Below are positions 31,744 through 44,240 of a DNA stretch of 64,000 nt, one piece after another. Position numbers and translations under genes: made by a program. The notes beneath the pieces are model-generated. The model had not been told where the DNA came from, made no database searches, and worked only from the letters and a program-made list of their open reading frames with translations. The stretch is from Octopus vulgaris. Taxonomy: Eukaryota. Numbering within the stretch: position 1 is the first letter of the stretch; each line of letters starts with the position of its first letter. Location of the stretch: assembly GCA_951406725.2 (NCBI GenBank), contig OX597838.1, positions 44,950,001 through 45,014,000 on the forward strand. Reading direction: 5' to 3'.

Positions 31744-31848
31744 ATGGTCATTGTTGGACTGTACTTTCTCATGGCTTCTTCAAATGATGCTATGTCCGAT
31801 AACAAATCAGCGCTCGAACAAAATTTGAAGAGGTAAATACATACGCGC

Positions 31849-31895
<47 letters not shown>

Positions 31896-32131
31896 GGAGA
31901 TGGGAGCAGCGCGATTTGAACCATGATATGTATTGAATCCAATGATTCTGTATGATATTTGGAATGGTACTTTTCCAAATTGCGCTATTTCCTCGATCAA
32001 AATTCAAATCCTTGTATTCAGATATTTCCTCCGAATGTCTGCGATCCAAAGTAAAATTCACCTGACATCTCTTCAGGGCCCATATATGCAGTACAGATAC
32101 ACACGGGGAACCGATCTCTCTCTGCTTGTGA
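31744..32131 (+). CDS. Speculative two-exon small secreted peptide precursor (exons 31744-31832, 32077-32131)
   Basis: Phase-compatible AG|GTAAAT donor and ctgac..tctcttcAG acceptor give MVIVGLYFLMASSNDAMSDNKSALEQNLKR-AHICSTDTHGEPISLCL*; AATAAA at 32211. Confidence 0.3.
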
Positions 32132-32607
32132 ATCCTTTGCATTGGAGATGGGAAGTCGGAACTGGAACGTTTTGTGTCACTAAACTTTCACCATTAAAAA
32201 CTAAGAAAAAAATAAAATTTGAAATAATGCAATTTTTATTTGAATTTATTGAATAACTAATTTGAATTAATGCATTTGTTTCTCTTTTATCAGATGAGGA
32301 CTACAATCAGATTCGAGTCATATCTTTTGGTCGCATGGATATTCTGTTTAACTACCTGTGCTATGAATATAAACAGGGACCAGTTGAAGAGGATTTTCTC
32401 CAAACGCATTGCTACTTGCGAAGGTAATCATTTTCTTTCAAATGATTTTTAGGAGGCGTACTGTAGAGAGTTTTTAGAGGTGTACATATAATACATGAAG
32501 CTGTTAGTTTCGTACGGTTGTAATCTATATATATGTATGTATATATATATCTATGTATACGTATCTATATCTATGTATATATATATATATATGTATATAC
32601 ATCTATA

Positions 32608-32642
<35 letters not shown>

Positions 32643-33613
32643 GTATGTATATATATCTATATATATATGTATACATATCTATATATATATTTATATTTAT
32701 ATATATATATATGTATATATATATATGTATACATATCTATATCTATGTATATATATATATATTTATGTATGTATATATATATGTGTGTATGTACATGTAT
32801 GTATATATGTATATATATAATATTTATATATATATAATTTATATTCATATGTTTGTATGTGCATATGTGCATTTATGTATATGTATGCATATGTATATAA
32901 GTATGTTTGCATGTCTGTATGTTTATGTAACCATGGTTATGAGAGTAAGTTTTAAATTAATCGACCCACACTTACTCGTAAGTAAGCCACACAAGTTTGT
33001 GTATATAAGCAGTACCGTCTCGTACATAGTGTATACATGCATAAGTGCTTAAGTACACGCACACAGACATTTATTATGGAGACTGGAATATCTCTGATCT
33101 GGACCCTCCAGCAATGATGATGTTTGTAGACGGTGATAGCAATGATGATGATAAAAAATGTAAAGGTAGTGTTCCTCAATGTGTACGTACGCGCATGCCC
33201 ACATCACGTGTGTCAGTTTACATCTCTGTCATTCTTATCCCTAAGGTCATCTATATCACCATCATCATCGTCATCATCACCATAATAATGATTATTTCCA
33301 TCAAAATCAGTAGAAGCAACTTGATTTGAAAACGCTGTAGCTTGTTGACCTTCACGTTTGAACATATTTAATCCGAATTGACAAATACTTCAATTTTAGA
33401 TATATTTTGTATTGTTATATTTTTAGATCATTTAGTTCCATTTTATGTAAATCACTTCAGACGAAAATAACCAGAATCCGTTGGAGAGCTTTGCTTGGTG
33501 GATACAGATATGTCCTTTTCTTTCTTTGTTCTCTATACCTTCATCAAAGTTGTTATCGTGTAGTCAATATATCATAGGCCTGACACTGCAAACACCATTA
33601 TGTACGTATGCAC

Positions 33614-33713
<100 letters not shown>

Positions 33714-33905
33714 GTAAATGTATATATTTATATATATATGTATATACATGTATGTATGTATACATATACACATGCGTGTGTACGCGCTTATGTGCGTGCG
33801 TTTGTACGTGTGTGCCAGCAAGTATGTTTGCATGTATGTGCATGCATATGTCTCTCTCTCTCTCTCTCACTATATATATATACATACATATATATATACA
33901 TACAT

Positions 33906-33953
<48 letters not shown>

Positions 33954-34469
33954 GTATGCATGTATATATGTATGTATGTATGCATATGTGTGTGTACTAT
34001 CACTCAAACTGTCTTATATAATGCGATAGTATCAAATCCCTTAATTAAAATTTGTTAATTCTCTGCTTACAACCTGCCAATACTTTTAGTCATTCAGTAA
34101 TTAAGGAGAGATAGGAAATGGATCCATGGCCTTTAAAATAACAAGATTTGCATCGTGTTTATACCAACCTTTCCTTCAGTTACCCAATCAAAACTTTCTT
34201 CTCTACTCCGTTATTTAATGGCAGACTCTCTTCGGCTGAATACTTTCAATTCTTTACAAAACTCCAAGCAATAACAAAATATCTACCTTTATGTATTTGT
34301 TATATAAAATATTTCATCTGCATAAAATGATTGCACACTCTTTACTTCATACAATACGATTCGAAATTGACTGTTGTCAGTCCGAGTCGGCAAGATATGT
34401 ATTAATGAGTAAAATAGATGTGAACAGGATGTAAACCTTTACTGCGTCTCATTAACATCCCTCCTGGCA

Positions 34470-34512
34470 ATTTTTCCCTGAAGAAGGACTCTGTCCAAAA
34501 CGTTAGATTTTC
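34470..34512 (+). ncRNA. Degenerate minimal PLE-type hammerhead
   Basis: CTGAAGA-a-GGAC-tct-GTCC-aAAA-CGT-TA; G12 mutated to A. Confidence 0.5.
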
Positions 34513-35669
34513 CACTTCTCACGTCGACTTCACTATGGTCTTTTATCTCTTTTACTTCACACACACACACGTGTGTGTGTGTCTATGTATATGTAGGTAT
34601 GTATGTATAGATGAGTAGATTTGTGGTAAGATATTTGCTTCCCAACCACATAATTCCGGGTGCAATCGTTTTTCATAACACCTTGGGCAAGTGTATTCCA
34701 CTATAGCCTCAGGCCGCGCGTCTGTGAACATTTATTCGCGTGTATAGGTACCTTTGAATGCCTACAAAGATATATAAGTGCGCGCGCACGCGCGCGCGTG
34801 TGTGTGTGTGTGTGTTTGCGTGTGTTTGCGTGTGTGTGTAATAAATATAAGTGTACTGTATAAAGTTTGGACAGCAAGCTATCAGACTATCTAGTCAGGG
34901 CATCTTTACAATTCATTTGTAATAGGTGGCGCTGCAGAATATTGTTTACTAACGACAAACACGATTGTCAATATGGTACGGAATTATATCGTTAAATCCT
35001 CCTTCATCCATTTGTTAGTCTGTATTCTTTTCTATTTCTTACGTAAATGTGATTACTTAACCGTGCATAATTTGGAATTATAGGAAAGTATTAATCATTT
35101 ATCAACGTGACAGCAGAATAAAAAAGGATGTTACTTATTTACAAAGTTCTGAAGAATCAGCTCTGTTATGGGCTATAAAAGAAATCCTATATTGTACTTG
35201 GAAATAAATCAGTAGTTGCTGGAAGAAGGATTGGTTACAATGGAAAATGATGAAACGATTGTAAATAATATAGTAAAATGATATCCTATCTTTAATCATC
35301 GATATAATAAATATCAATGATTGGATATTTTGTTATTTTGATATTTTGCGGATTTTCTGTTAATTTTAAGACAGCCGATATCTTTACAATCATTTCATTA
35401 TTTCATGTAGTAAACACCTTGATTCTATATAAAAATTCATTTATAATAAATATGTGTGTGTACGGGCGTGTGTGAGTGCCTTCATGCGTGTAGTAATCAC
35501 GGTATACAGTATTGTAAATCCATTACAGCTGATCATGTCCATCGCTTTGGAAACAGGTATTAGGTAATCAGACGATAATGTAATAACCACACTCTTTAGA
35601 GTTTGTCAGTCTGAAAAAAAATGGCAAATGCTGTCTAAATAGTGTAATTAATATATACATATATAGCCC

Positions 35670-36079
35670 AGGAGCAAGAGTGACTGTGTGGTAAGTAGCT
35701 TGCTTACCAACCACATGGTTCTGGATTCAGTCCCACTGAGTGGCACCTTGGGCAAGTGTTTTCTACTATAGCCTCGGCCCAACCAGAGCCTTGTGAGTGG
35801 ATTTGGTGGACGGAAACTGAAAGAAGCCCGTCGTATATACGTATATGTATATATGTGTCTGTTTGTGTGTCTGTGTTTGTCCCCCCAACATCGCTTGGCA
35901 ACCGACGCTGGTTTGTTTACTTCCCCGTAACTTAGCGGTTCGGCAAAATAGACCGATAGAATAAGAACTAGGCTTACAAAGAATAAGTCCTGGGGTCAAT
36001 TTGTTCGACTAAATGCGGTGCTCCAGCATGGCCGCAGTCAAATGACTGAAACAAAAGAATAAGAATAAGAGAATAAGAG
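35670..36079 (+). mobile_element. Full-length SINE family 1
   Basis: Head gtgtggtaagtagcttgcttaccaacc...ggattcagtcccactg; tail gcggtgctccagcatggccgcagtcaaatgactgaaac followed by (AAGAAT)n. Confidence 0.9.
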
Positions 36080-36146
36080 CCCCTCAATGACAAGACAATT
36101 ATAAGAGAAATAGAGGGGCAAAGGAATTAAAGAGAGGGGGAAGAGA

Positions 36147-36198
<52 letters not shown>

Positions 36199-37067
36199 GT
36201 ATACACACACATATATCCTAATGACACTTTATACAATATGACATTGTGGACGCATTTCAAAATTGCCATTGAAATTACTACACATGCATATTACTAACCA
36301 TCATAGAGTTTGTTACTGATTAACGTAGCGAAGGTCCCTTGCGGCCATCATATGAAATTAGAAGCTAGAGTATTGCCATAGCTTGAGACACTGTAAACGC
36401 TATTGTTACTCATATCCACCATTGGATGTCAGCCATACTCAGTCACAATATTGAATGCCTTAGTGGAACAAAGTGACCCCAGTACTTATTCTATAAATCT
36501 TGGTTTAGCGAACCGTTAAGTAACAGAAAGTAAACAACCCAACACCGGTTCGGAAGCGGTGGTGATAGACAAATACACACACACATATATTTATATGTAT
36601 ACTACACAAACATATCCACACAATATTCATTAATCAGCTCACCGCGAAAGTGGTCAAATGAAACGCATTAAGAGTCGTAACATTAAACGAAACTACAGAG
36701 AAAGAACATTCGAGGATGACACGTTGATGCTATAGAGAATGTAACACGAAATGGATCATTAATAATGGACGGATTACTAGTAAAATCGTTCACAATCAGA
36801 AATAACTGCACAGACGAAAAAACGCGTCACAAAATGACAATTGAAATAGAAATCTTGCATTAACATCCAGTAAACATAAAGATGAGCATTAAAGTCTCTA
36901 GAAGTACAATTTTTCTACCATAAAATCAGGTAGATTTATACGTGAAGCACGTTATATGTCTTGTTAATGTCACCGTAGAAGTCGGAAAGCACGTCTGATT
37001 TCGAAGGATTTCGGGGCTTTCTCTGTCCAAAGACCTATAAGAGTGGCTCATGCGAATATATATATAC

Positions 37068-37124
<57 letters not shown>

Positions 37125-37942
37125 TGTGTGTGTGTGTGTGTGTCTGTGTGTGTCTGTGTGTGGATATATATATATACATATATAAAATTACGATCTATAT
37201 ATATATATAAACAGAGTTTGCTTATTTTTAAAACAGAGTTGAGATGTATTGAAATATACAGATATGGAAATATTTTACTCTCAAACACATAATAATAATA
37301 CTGAATCGCATAAGAAGGATAGCAATCCTCATATTGAAAAATCTTTATATATATATATATATATGCATGTGTGTGTGTATGTGTGTGTTAGAAAAGCACA
37401 AGCAAAATATTAAACAGTAATCTTTTCGAAACAGTATTTCTAAAAGGAAATCTATTCCTCAAGACTACGGATCGACTCCATAACTGGAACAGTAAAAATT
37501 TGTAAAACTTTCCACAAGTTAATCTTTTAAATGTATATAAACATGTCTAGATATGCAACATTCATGACAGTACATATATAAGACAAAGCATACAAATTTG
37601 CGCATATACATACACACTAAAACTCGAGAACCCCCCTACCGATTTCATTCAAATTTTATACATGCCTGACTTAGTGTGGTAGGGTGTCATGCAGTTTCAT
37701 GGCCACAAAAATGTTCAACTTCTTTCCTAATGCAAGCCCAGAGCAATATATTGTCGCTTACGCTATTTCAGTATTACATGTCAAAAGTGTCTTTATATTG
37801 TAACGTGAGATATTTCAGTTTTAATAGCTTCACTATTAATACATGCACTGTGTATATAATATATACATAGTCAAACTATTAATATTGAAAATATTAAAAG
37901 TCAAATACATGCATACATACATATATACACACATATATATAA

Positions 37943-37999
<57 letters not shown>

Positions 38000-38052
38000 T
38001 ATATTGTGTATATCTATATTTATATATAAATTTATACATGTATATATACATG

Positions 38053-38093
<41 letters not shown>

Positions 38094-38107
38094 GAATATG
38101 TATATGC

Positions 38108-38141
<34 letters not shown>

Positions 38142-38185
38142 ATATATATGTATGTATATGTATGTATATATACATGTGTGTATAT

Positions 38186-38592
38186 ACTCTTTACTCTTTT
38201 ACTTGTTTCAGTCATTTGACTGCAGCCATGCAGGAGCACCGCCTTTAGTCGAGCAAATCGACCCCGGGACTTATTCTTTGTAAGCCCAGTACTTATTCTA
38301 TCGGTCTCTTTTGCCGTACCGCTAAGTGACGGGGACGTAAACGCACCAGCATCGGTTGTCAAGCAATGCTAGGGGGACAAACACAGACACACAAACACAC
38401 ACATACATATACATATATATACATATATACGACAGGCTTCTTTCAGTTTCCGTCTACCAAATCCACTCACAAGGCATTAGTCGGCCCCAGGCTATAGCAG
38501 AAGACAATTGCCCAAGATGCCACGCAGTGGGACTGAACCCAGAACCCTGTGGTTGGTTAGCAAGCTACTTACCACACAGCCACTCCTCCGCA
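38186..38592 (-). mobile_element. Full-length SINE family 1
   Basis: Highly similar to 13619-14023 over its length. Confidence 0.9.
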
Positions 38593-38616
38593 TATTTATA
38601 TATGTATATATGTATG

Positions 38617-38678
<62 letters not shown>

Positions 38679-38711
38679 TGTGTGTGTGTTTGTGTGTGTA
38701 TACACATACAT

Positions 38712-39325
38712 TTACATAGTTTTGATATAATTTTTTATATCTCGACCGGTTTCGCTATCGCTATTCATGATATTATGCTTTACATATTTGAATATGTATG
38801 TTTTTTTAAGAAAACCCGAGCAGGTGAATACATATATTAGGTTTTCAGAGGCACAAGTGAAACTAGTTTTAATTGTGAACCTCTGCGGACACAACTATAT
38901 TGGATAAACGAGTATGACCTTGAGAAAGTGAACCACTCTACATAAAGAGCAAATCCATTTCCCGCAATACAGGCTAATTCCTCTCAGTGAACATATAGAA
39001 AAATGTGCAGAAAACATCAAACCAAATTTCACAGTCTTCCCATTCTACCAATGCAAAGACACAATATCTCCGCAAAATATTCCCCTCCCATTACCGAAAG
39101 CTGAACAGTTATCTGCCATACCCACAACAATAGCAATAATAATAACCAATTACTTTCCTTTATTTATCTACTTGTGGAGTCAGTCATTCGTAAATATTAT
39201 CACGCACAACATGGACAAAATTTCTTCTTAAGAAAAAATACATATTCAAATAAGTAAAACATAATATCATGAATAGCGATAGCGAAACCGGTCGACATAT
39301 TAAAAATTATATTAAAACTATGTAA
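38712..39325. mobile_element. Element with about 88-bp imperfect terminal inverted repeats, each containing an HHR-like 3' half
   Basis: 38712-38799 reverse-complements 39238-39325; each arm has gcGAAA-ccgg-UC (palindromic helix III); microsatellite flanks. Confidence 0.65.
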
Positions 39326-39364
39326 GTGTGTGTATTTTCCTTTTTAATTTCTTATATATATGCT

Positions 39365-39426
<62 letters not shown>

Positions 39427-39489
39427 TTTGTTTGTGTGTGTGTGTGTGTTTGTATGTGTGTGTGTTTGTGTTTGTATGTGTGTGTGCGT

Positions 39490-39690
39490 GTGTATGTCTC
39501 CACCATCACTTGACAACTGATATTGCTCTGCTTACGCCCCCCCGTAACTTAGCCGTTTGGCAAGACACACCGATAGAATAAGTACTAGGCTTACAAAAAT
39601 AAATCCTGTGGTCGATTTCTTCGACTAAAGGCGGTGCTCCAGCATAGCCGCAGTCACATGGCCGAAAGAATTAAAACAGTTAAAAAAACT
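39490..39690 (+). mobile_element. SINE family 1, 3' half
   Basis: ccgtaacttagc...gatagaataagtactaggcttac...ggcggtgctccagcatagccgcag. Confidence 0.8.
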
Positions 39691-39760
39691 CTGTCATTTT
39701 TATCCGAAGCAACGCCGTGTATCCCTGCCAGTATGTATATATAAATATGTGTATATATAC

Positions 39761-39820
<60 letters not shown>

Positions 39821-40705
39821 GTATTGTGTTATACGTGTGTATTAATGTGTATCATTTGCATAAGCCCAGAAATATTTTGGGTGTTTAGCATCAATTTAGT
39901 TGATGATCCTAAAGAATGGGATTTCTTTTATCAACTCCGAATAATGAACGGCAGCCGAAGCCATTTTCATATTTGAAATCCAAAATATAAAGCATATCAA
40001 AATGCCACTTACATCCTTATACAGAAAAAAAGTCAGTAACTAGCTTTGTCTTAACTTTCCTTTTCTTTGATATGAACAAAAGCAATCGATGGAGTTATAC
40101 CCTACTCACTTCCTAAAACTCATATTTATGAAATTTATTTCATTGAGTTATATAAGTGAAAGAATTAATCTCAAAACTACTAAATGATATTCGAATTGTT
40201 GACCCTAGACGCTTACAATTCAAAGAAAACAGAGCCGATTGCAACAAGCAGATTTTAGTTAATTATAAAGAACGAATAAATTATAACACTGTGACATTTA
40301 ATGAAATGTTTTGCCAGACTTTCAGGTCTGGATATTATATATTTTTCCCTTATACGGTTTCCTTTTTTCTCTTTCATTCGTTTTCTCTTCTCCTAGCTGT
40401 TATACCTTGTCACCTTTTAAAATTACAATATGACATTTAAACTGATTAATCAGTTGTTTGCTACTCTTAAAAGTAGATAACCTACTTTTATTAACAGTTT
40501 TTATTTTATCTTATTATGATTATAGTTATTTCACCACCACCGCAACCCCATCCATTTCCGACGCTTTCCATCTTTGTGTTTTTTCGTATACAAACATCAG
40601 AATGAACAATACTTTTATAGTTGATGAAGAAGCCGTCAAGCGAAATATAATGCTCCACAGTAACCAATGTGTGTGCATGAGTGTGCGCATGCGTATATGT
40701 ATGAG

Positions 40706-40737
<32 letters not shown>

Positions 40738-41011
40738 TATACACAAGTATACATACATATATACTTATATAAATCTATAGGTACTATACGCGCGTGCACA
40801 CACGCACACACATGTATTAGGTTATAATACATGTATTAACTTCAGGTCTTAAGAATATATAAAATTTCAAGAGAACATGAAGAAATTCTTGTTTGGAATA
40901 GAAGATCACAATGCAAATGGTAAGGCTTTAAATTATAGAATACAAACATTGGGATGAAAAACTGCTTTGAACAGCAAGTCATACATTAACGTGTATATAT
41001 GTATGTAAGTA

Positions 41012-41042
<31 letters not shown>

Positions 41043-41080
41043 TTACACACACACACACACATATATATATATCAATATAT

Positions 41081-41130
<50 letters not shown>

Positions 41131-41133
<3 letters not shown>

Positions 41134-42121
41134 ATTGATTGATTGATTGATTGATTCCAGTTCCAGCCTGTGAGCTGTGGCCATGCTGGGGCACCGCCAT
41201 TTGGTGTTGCTACTTGGTTTTACTTCATGGGGGCTTTCTAGCAACTGCTATTTGGTGCATGAGAGAGTTCGATGCAGCTGCCCTCATCTGCCCCTCCTGC
41301 CGTGAAGTTGGTTCATCTGGGACACCAGACAGGAAGAGATCCAGCTTCATTTTAAAGACATCTGTATCCACCCCATGCAGGTCTCTCAGGTTCTTCGGGA
41401 GGATATTGAAGAGCTGTGGGCCTCGGAAGCCCAGGCTATCACAGAATCTTGTCCTACATCTTGATGGCAGGTTTGGAGTCCTAGGCACCACGCAGTGGCG
41501 CCCAGTTCTGGCATTTGTGTAACTCTCGATGCCAAAGTTCAGGACACTTCCCTCCAGGATCTTCCAGATGTATATTATGGCATATCTTTCCCGCCTACGC
41601 TCCAGGGAGTATAATTTTAATCTCTTGAGTCTTTCCCAGTAGCTTACATTCTGCATAGAGGCTATCTTCTTTGTGTAGCTTCGTTGGATCGCCTCAAGTT
41701 CTGTGATCAACTTGACACTGGATGGTGACCATAGCTGAGAGCAATAGTCAAAGTGGCTTAGGACAAGTGTCTTCCAGAGGACCATCATGGTTTCTTGTTC
41801 TCTTGTTCTAAAGGTTCTAAGAATCCAGCCAGCCAGCCGTCTACATTTCACTGTCAGTTTAGCAACATGTACATGAAAGGTCGCGTCATCACTCATGTGA
41901 ATACCCAGGTCACGCACTGATTGTGCCTCTGGGATTGCAATCCCTCCGGGTCCAGTGTATTCATTGGGTATTGCATTCAGTTTTGCATGCTGATAGTATA
42001 AAGCTTGAAACTTTCCAGCATTGAACTGCATGCTATTCTTTTCAGCCCACTTGTATATTTCGTCCAGCTCACATTGCAGGTTTTTAGTGTCCTCAGGGTT
42101 CTGTATTGCCTGTGAAACTTT
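41131..42121 (-). mobile_element. 5'-truncated CR1-group LINE with (TCAA)n tail
   Basis: ORF2 C-terminus, short 3' UTR and (TTGA)n on + at 41131-41156; flanked by (TA)n. Confidence 0.92.
41225..42121 (-). CDS. LINE ORF2 reverse transcriptase C-terminal fragment (uninterrupted, begins just after the expected ADDT motif)
   Basis: KVSQAI...[63 protein letters not shown]. The ORF-track N-terminus (42122-42265) is microsatellite and palindrome. Confidence 0.9.
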   Translation of the reverse strand, partial: KVSQAIQNPEDTKNLQCELDEIYKWAEKNSMQFNAGKFQALYYQHAKLNAIPNEYTGPGGIAIPEAQSVRDLGIHMSDDATFHVHVAKLTVKCRRLAGWILRTFRTREQETMMVLWKTLVLSHFDYCSQLWSPSSVKLITELEAIQRSYTKKIASMQNVSYWERLKRLKLYSLERRRERYAIIYIWKILEGSVLNFGIESYTNARTGRHCVVPRTPNLPSRCRTRFCDSLGFRGPQLFNILPKNLRDLHGVDTDVFKMKLDLFLSGVPDEPTSRQEGQMRAAASNSLMHQIAVARKPP

Positions 42122-42161
42122 ATATATATATATATATATAATATATATATTATATATATAT

Positions 42162-42191
<30 letters not shown>

Positions 42192-42200
<9 letters not shown>

Positions 42201-42286
42201 AAGAAAAATAAGTTGGCTAGCAGCAAGCTGTTTCGCCTCAGGCGAAACAGCTTGCTGCTAGCCAACTTATTTTTCTTTACTATATA
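42192..42286. repeat. Perfect palindrome, 47-bp arms, 1-nt spacer
   Basis: tatatagtaaag...gtttcgcct-c-aggcgaaac...ctttactatata. Confidence 0.95.
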
Positions 42287-42899
42287 CTGAACCTTACAAA
42301 GGTCTTGACAATTATTTTGTCGTATTTACATACCGAAATTTACCGGTAAATAATTGTTGGTTACATGAAAAACCACAGGAAAATTATTTACCATTTTTAT
42401 TGTATATATATATATTATATATATATATATATATTATATTATATATATTAACTTATATTCATACACATACACATGTGCGTATGTGTATGTTTCTGAGTGT
42501 TATATTGGGTGTGGAGTTTCAATTTTTGTCAAAAAGAACCTCGACTCTTCAATCATTAGATCTCCTTCAAGCACGAGAGTGAAATAATTAATGCAGTCTA
42601 TGAAGAACTGGATTAAGAACAGAAGAACTGAATGAAGCTTCTATGGAGGTAGCTTAGCATATCTTTACTTCAATAACTAAACCCAGTGAAAGAACAAATT
42701 AAATCATTATAAGCAGGCAGCAAATTAAGTGAAATGCATGGAATTTTAATTACATTTATAGAATGCCGCTTTCCGCACCTGCTCCCTCGTTTCGAGTTCG
42801 AATAGGGTCCATATAATCTTCAGTTCATCAAGTATACTTGCTTTTATAATTAGGCCAATTCAGTCGCCAATCGGAAAAAAGGATTGCATTGTGATTATT

Positions 42900-43192
42900 T
42901 ACGAGATTATTATTATTATATTTCATTTCTCAGAGTTCTCGGTCTGATTTGATCTCGTTGACTATGAGAGAGTGGACAGTAACTTGTCAGAGGTTTCACA
43001 GGTTCTCTTCCCGTTCAAATATAAGACTTCATACTGCGTCTTGATACTGGGTCACAACCGGTTTTCTTAAATATCGAGAAGAATTATTACATTGGTTGCT
43101 GTTCGCAATAGAGCAGATATTTGAATTAATGCAACGCTCGTACATGCACCAATCTCAATAGCGAAACCATAAAGTCTGCGGGTGACGATACC

Positions 43193-43195
<3 letters not shown>
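42900..43195 (-). mobile_element. R4/Dong-like LINE 3' remnant
   Basis: Minus strand GIVTRRL..IG..IQISALLRTATNVIILL* resembles the R4/Dong C-terminal LQKxxLLGTA motif; short (TAA)n tail near 42906-42920; abuts (ATT)n. Confidence 0.5.
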
Positions 43196-43261
<66 letters not shown>

Positions 43262-43328
43262 CATCATCATCATTATTATTATTATTATTATTAATATTAT
43301 TATTATTATTATCATTATTATTATTATG

Positions 43329-43360
<32 letters not shown>

Positions 43361-43740
43361 CATCATCATTATTATTATTATTGATATTATTATTGAGTGA
43401 GAGAGCAGTGCATGCCATCAAAGTGACGCTGGAGTACAAATATAGCTCAATGTACTCATCGCGACCACCTGTCTGTTAGGGATACCCCAAACACATGCAT
43501 CAGAAGCATTTGTAGGCGACATGGTATCTTATACCAAGATAAATAACGCATGACCTTGAAGGTGGGGGTCCAGTTAGAATTTTTTTTAGGACGAGTTATC
43601 CATCCCGCTCAAAAGATCCCTGAATAAAGTTTGTTTAAGGATGATGAACAAAACATTCATGTTTGCAGAGGTGTATTATTCAAACCCAAAGGATCCCTTT
43701 CAACGCATACCTATGACACTCCACTACTTCTGCTCGTGAT
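43195..43740 (-). mobile_element. Retroposon 3' end with (TAA/TGA)n tail, paralog of 1300-1790
   Basis: Alignable with 1381-1745. Confidence 0.65.
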
Positions 43741-44048
43741 GCGTCCCAACTCTTAAAAGATATCGTAAATGATAGAACGAAAATAAATAGAACATTCCAA
43801 GTATTTTTAATTCCAAATTAATAAGTTTGCTGCGACAAAAGTTGACAGAAACCAAAATTTCCATCATCAAAGCAAGTGTGATATTATGAATAGTCGAAGA
43901 GAAGCGTTAAACATGTACCTGCTCTCTGACAAAACTAATCCGGAAGTTCTGAATAGCAAAATTTTCGAATTCTGATTTGACGAATTTTCTTAAAGGTCAA
44001 GGCAAGAATTAACATATCTCGCGTTAGGGCTGAAAGAAAGCCCTAATC

Positions 44049-44240
44049 AAGTGGTTCCCAACCTGTGGTCCGCGAATCCTTGGTGGTCCGTAAAGGTTGT
44101 ACTGGGGTCGACGAACTAAATAAAAAATTTCATATATATATATACACACACACATAATGGTAAGCATATTAACACCGGTCCGTGGGAAAACTTATTTAAA
44201 TAAAAGGGGCCCTTAGTAGTGAAAAGGTTGAGAACCGCTG
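44049..44240. mobile_element. hAT (Charlie/MER5-like) MITE
   Basis: TIRs aagtggttcccaacct / aggttgagaaccgctg; 8-bp TSD ccctaatc / ccctaacc. Confidence 0.85.

Noticed and set aside
31744-31832. Candidate exon as direct upstream partner of the LDLa exon
   Set aside because: Its donor is phase 2 while the LDLa acceptor is phase 1.
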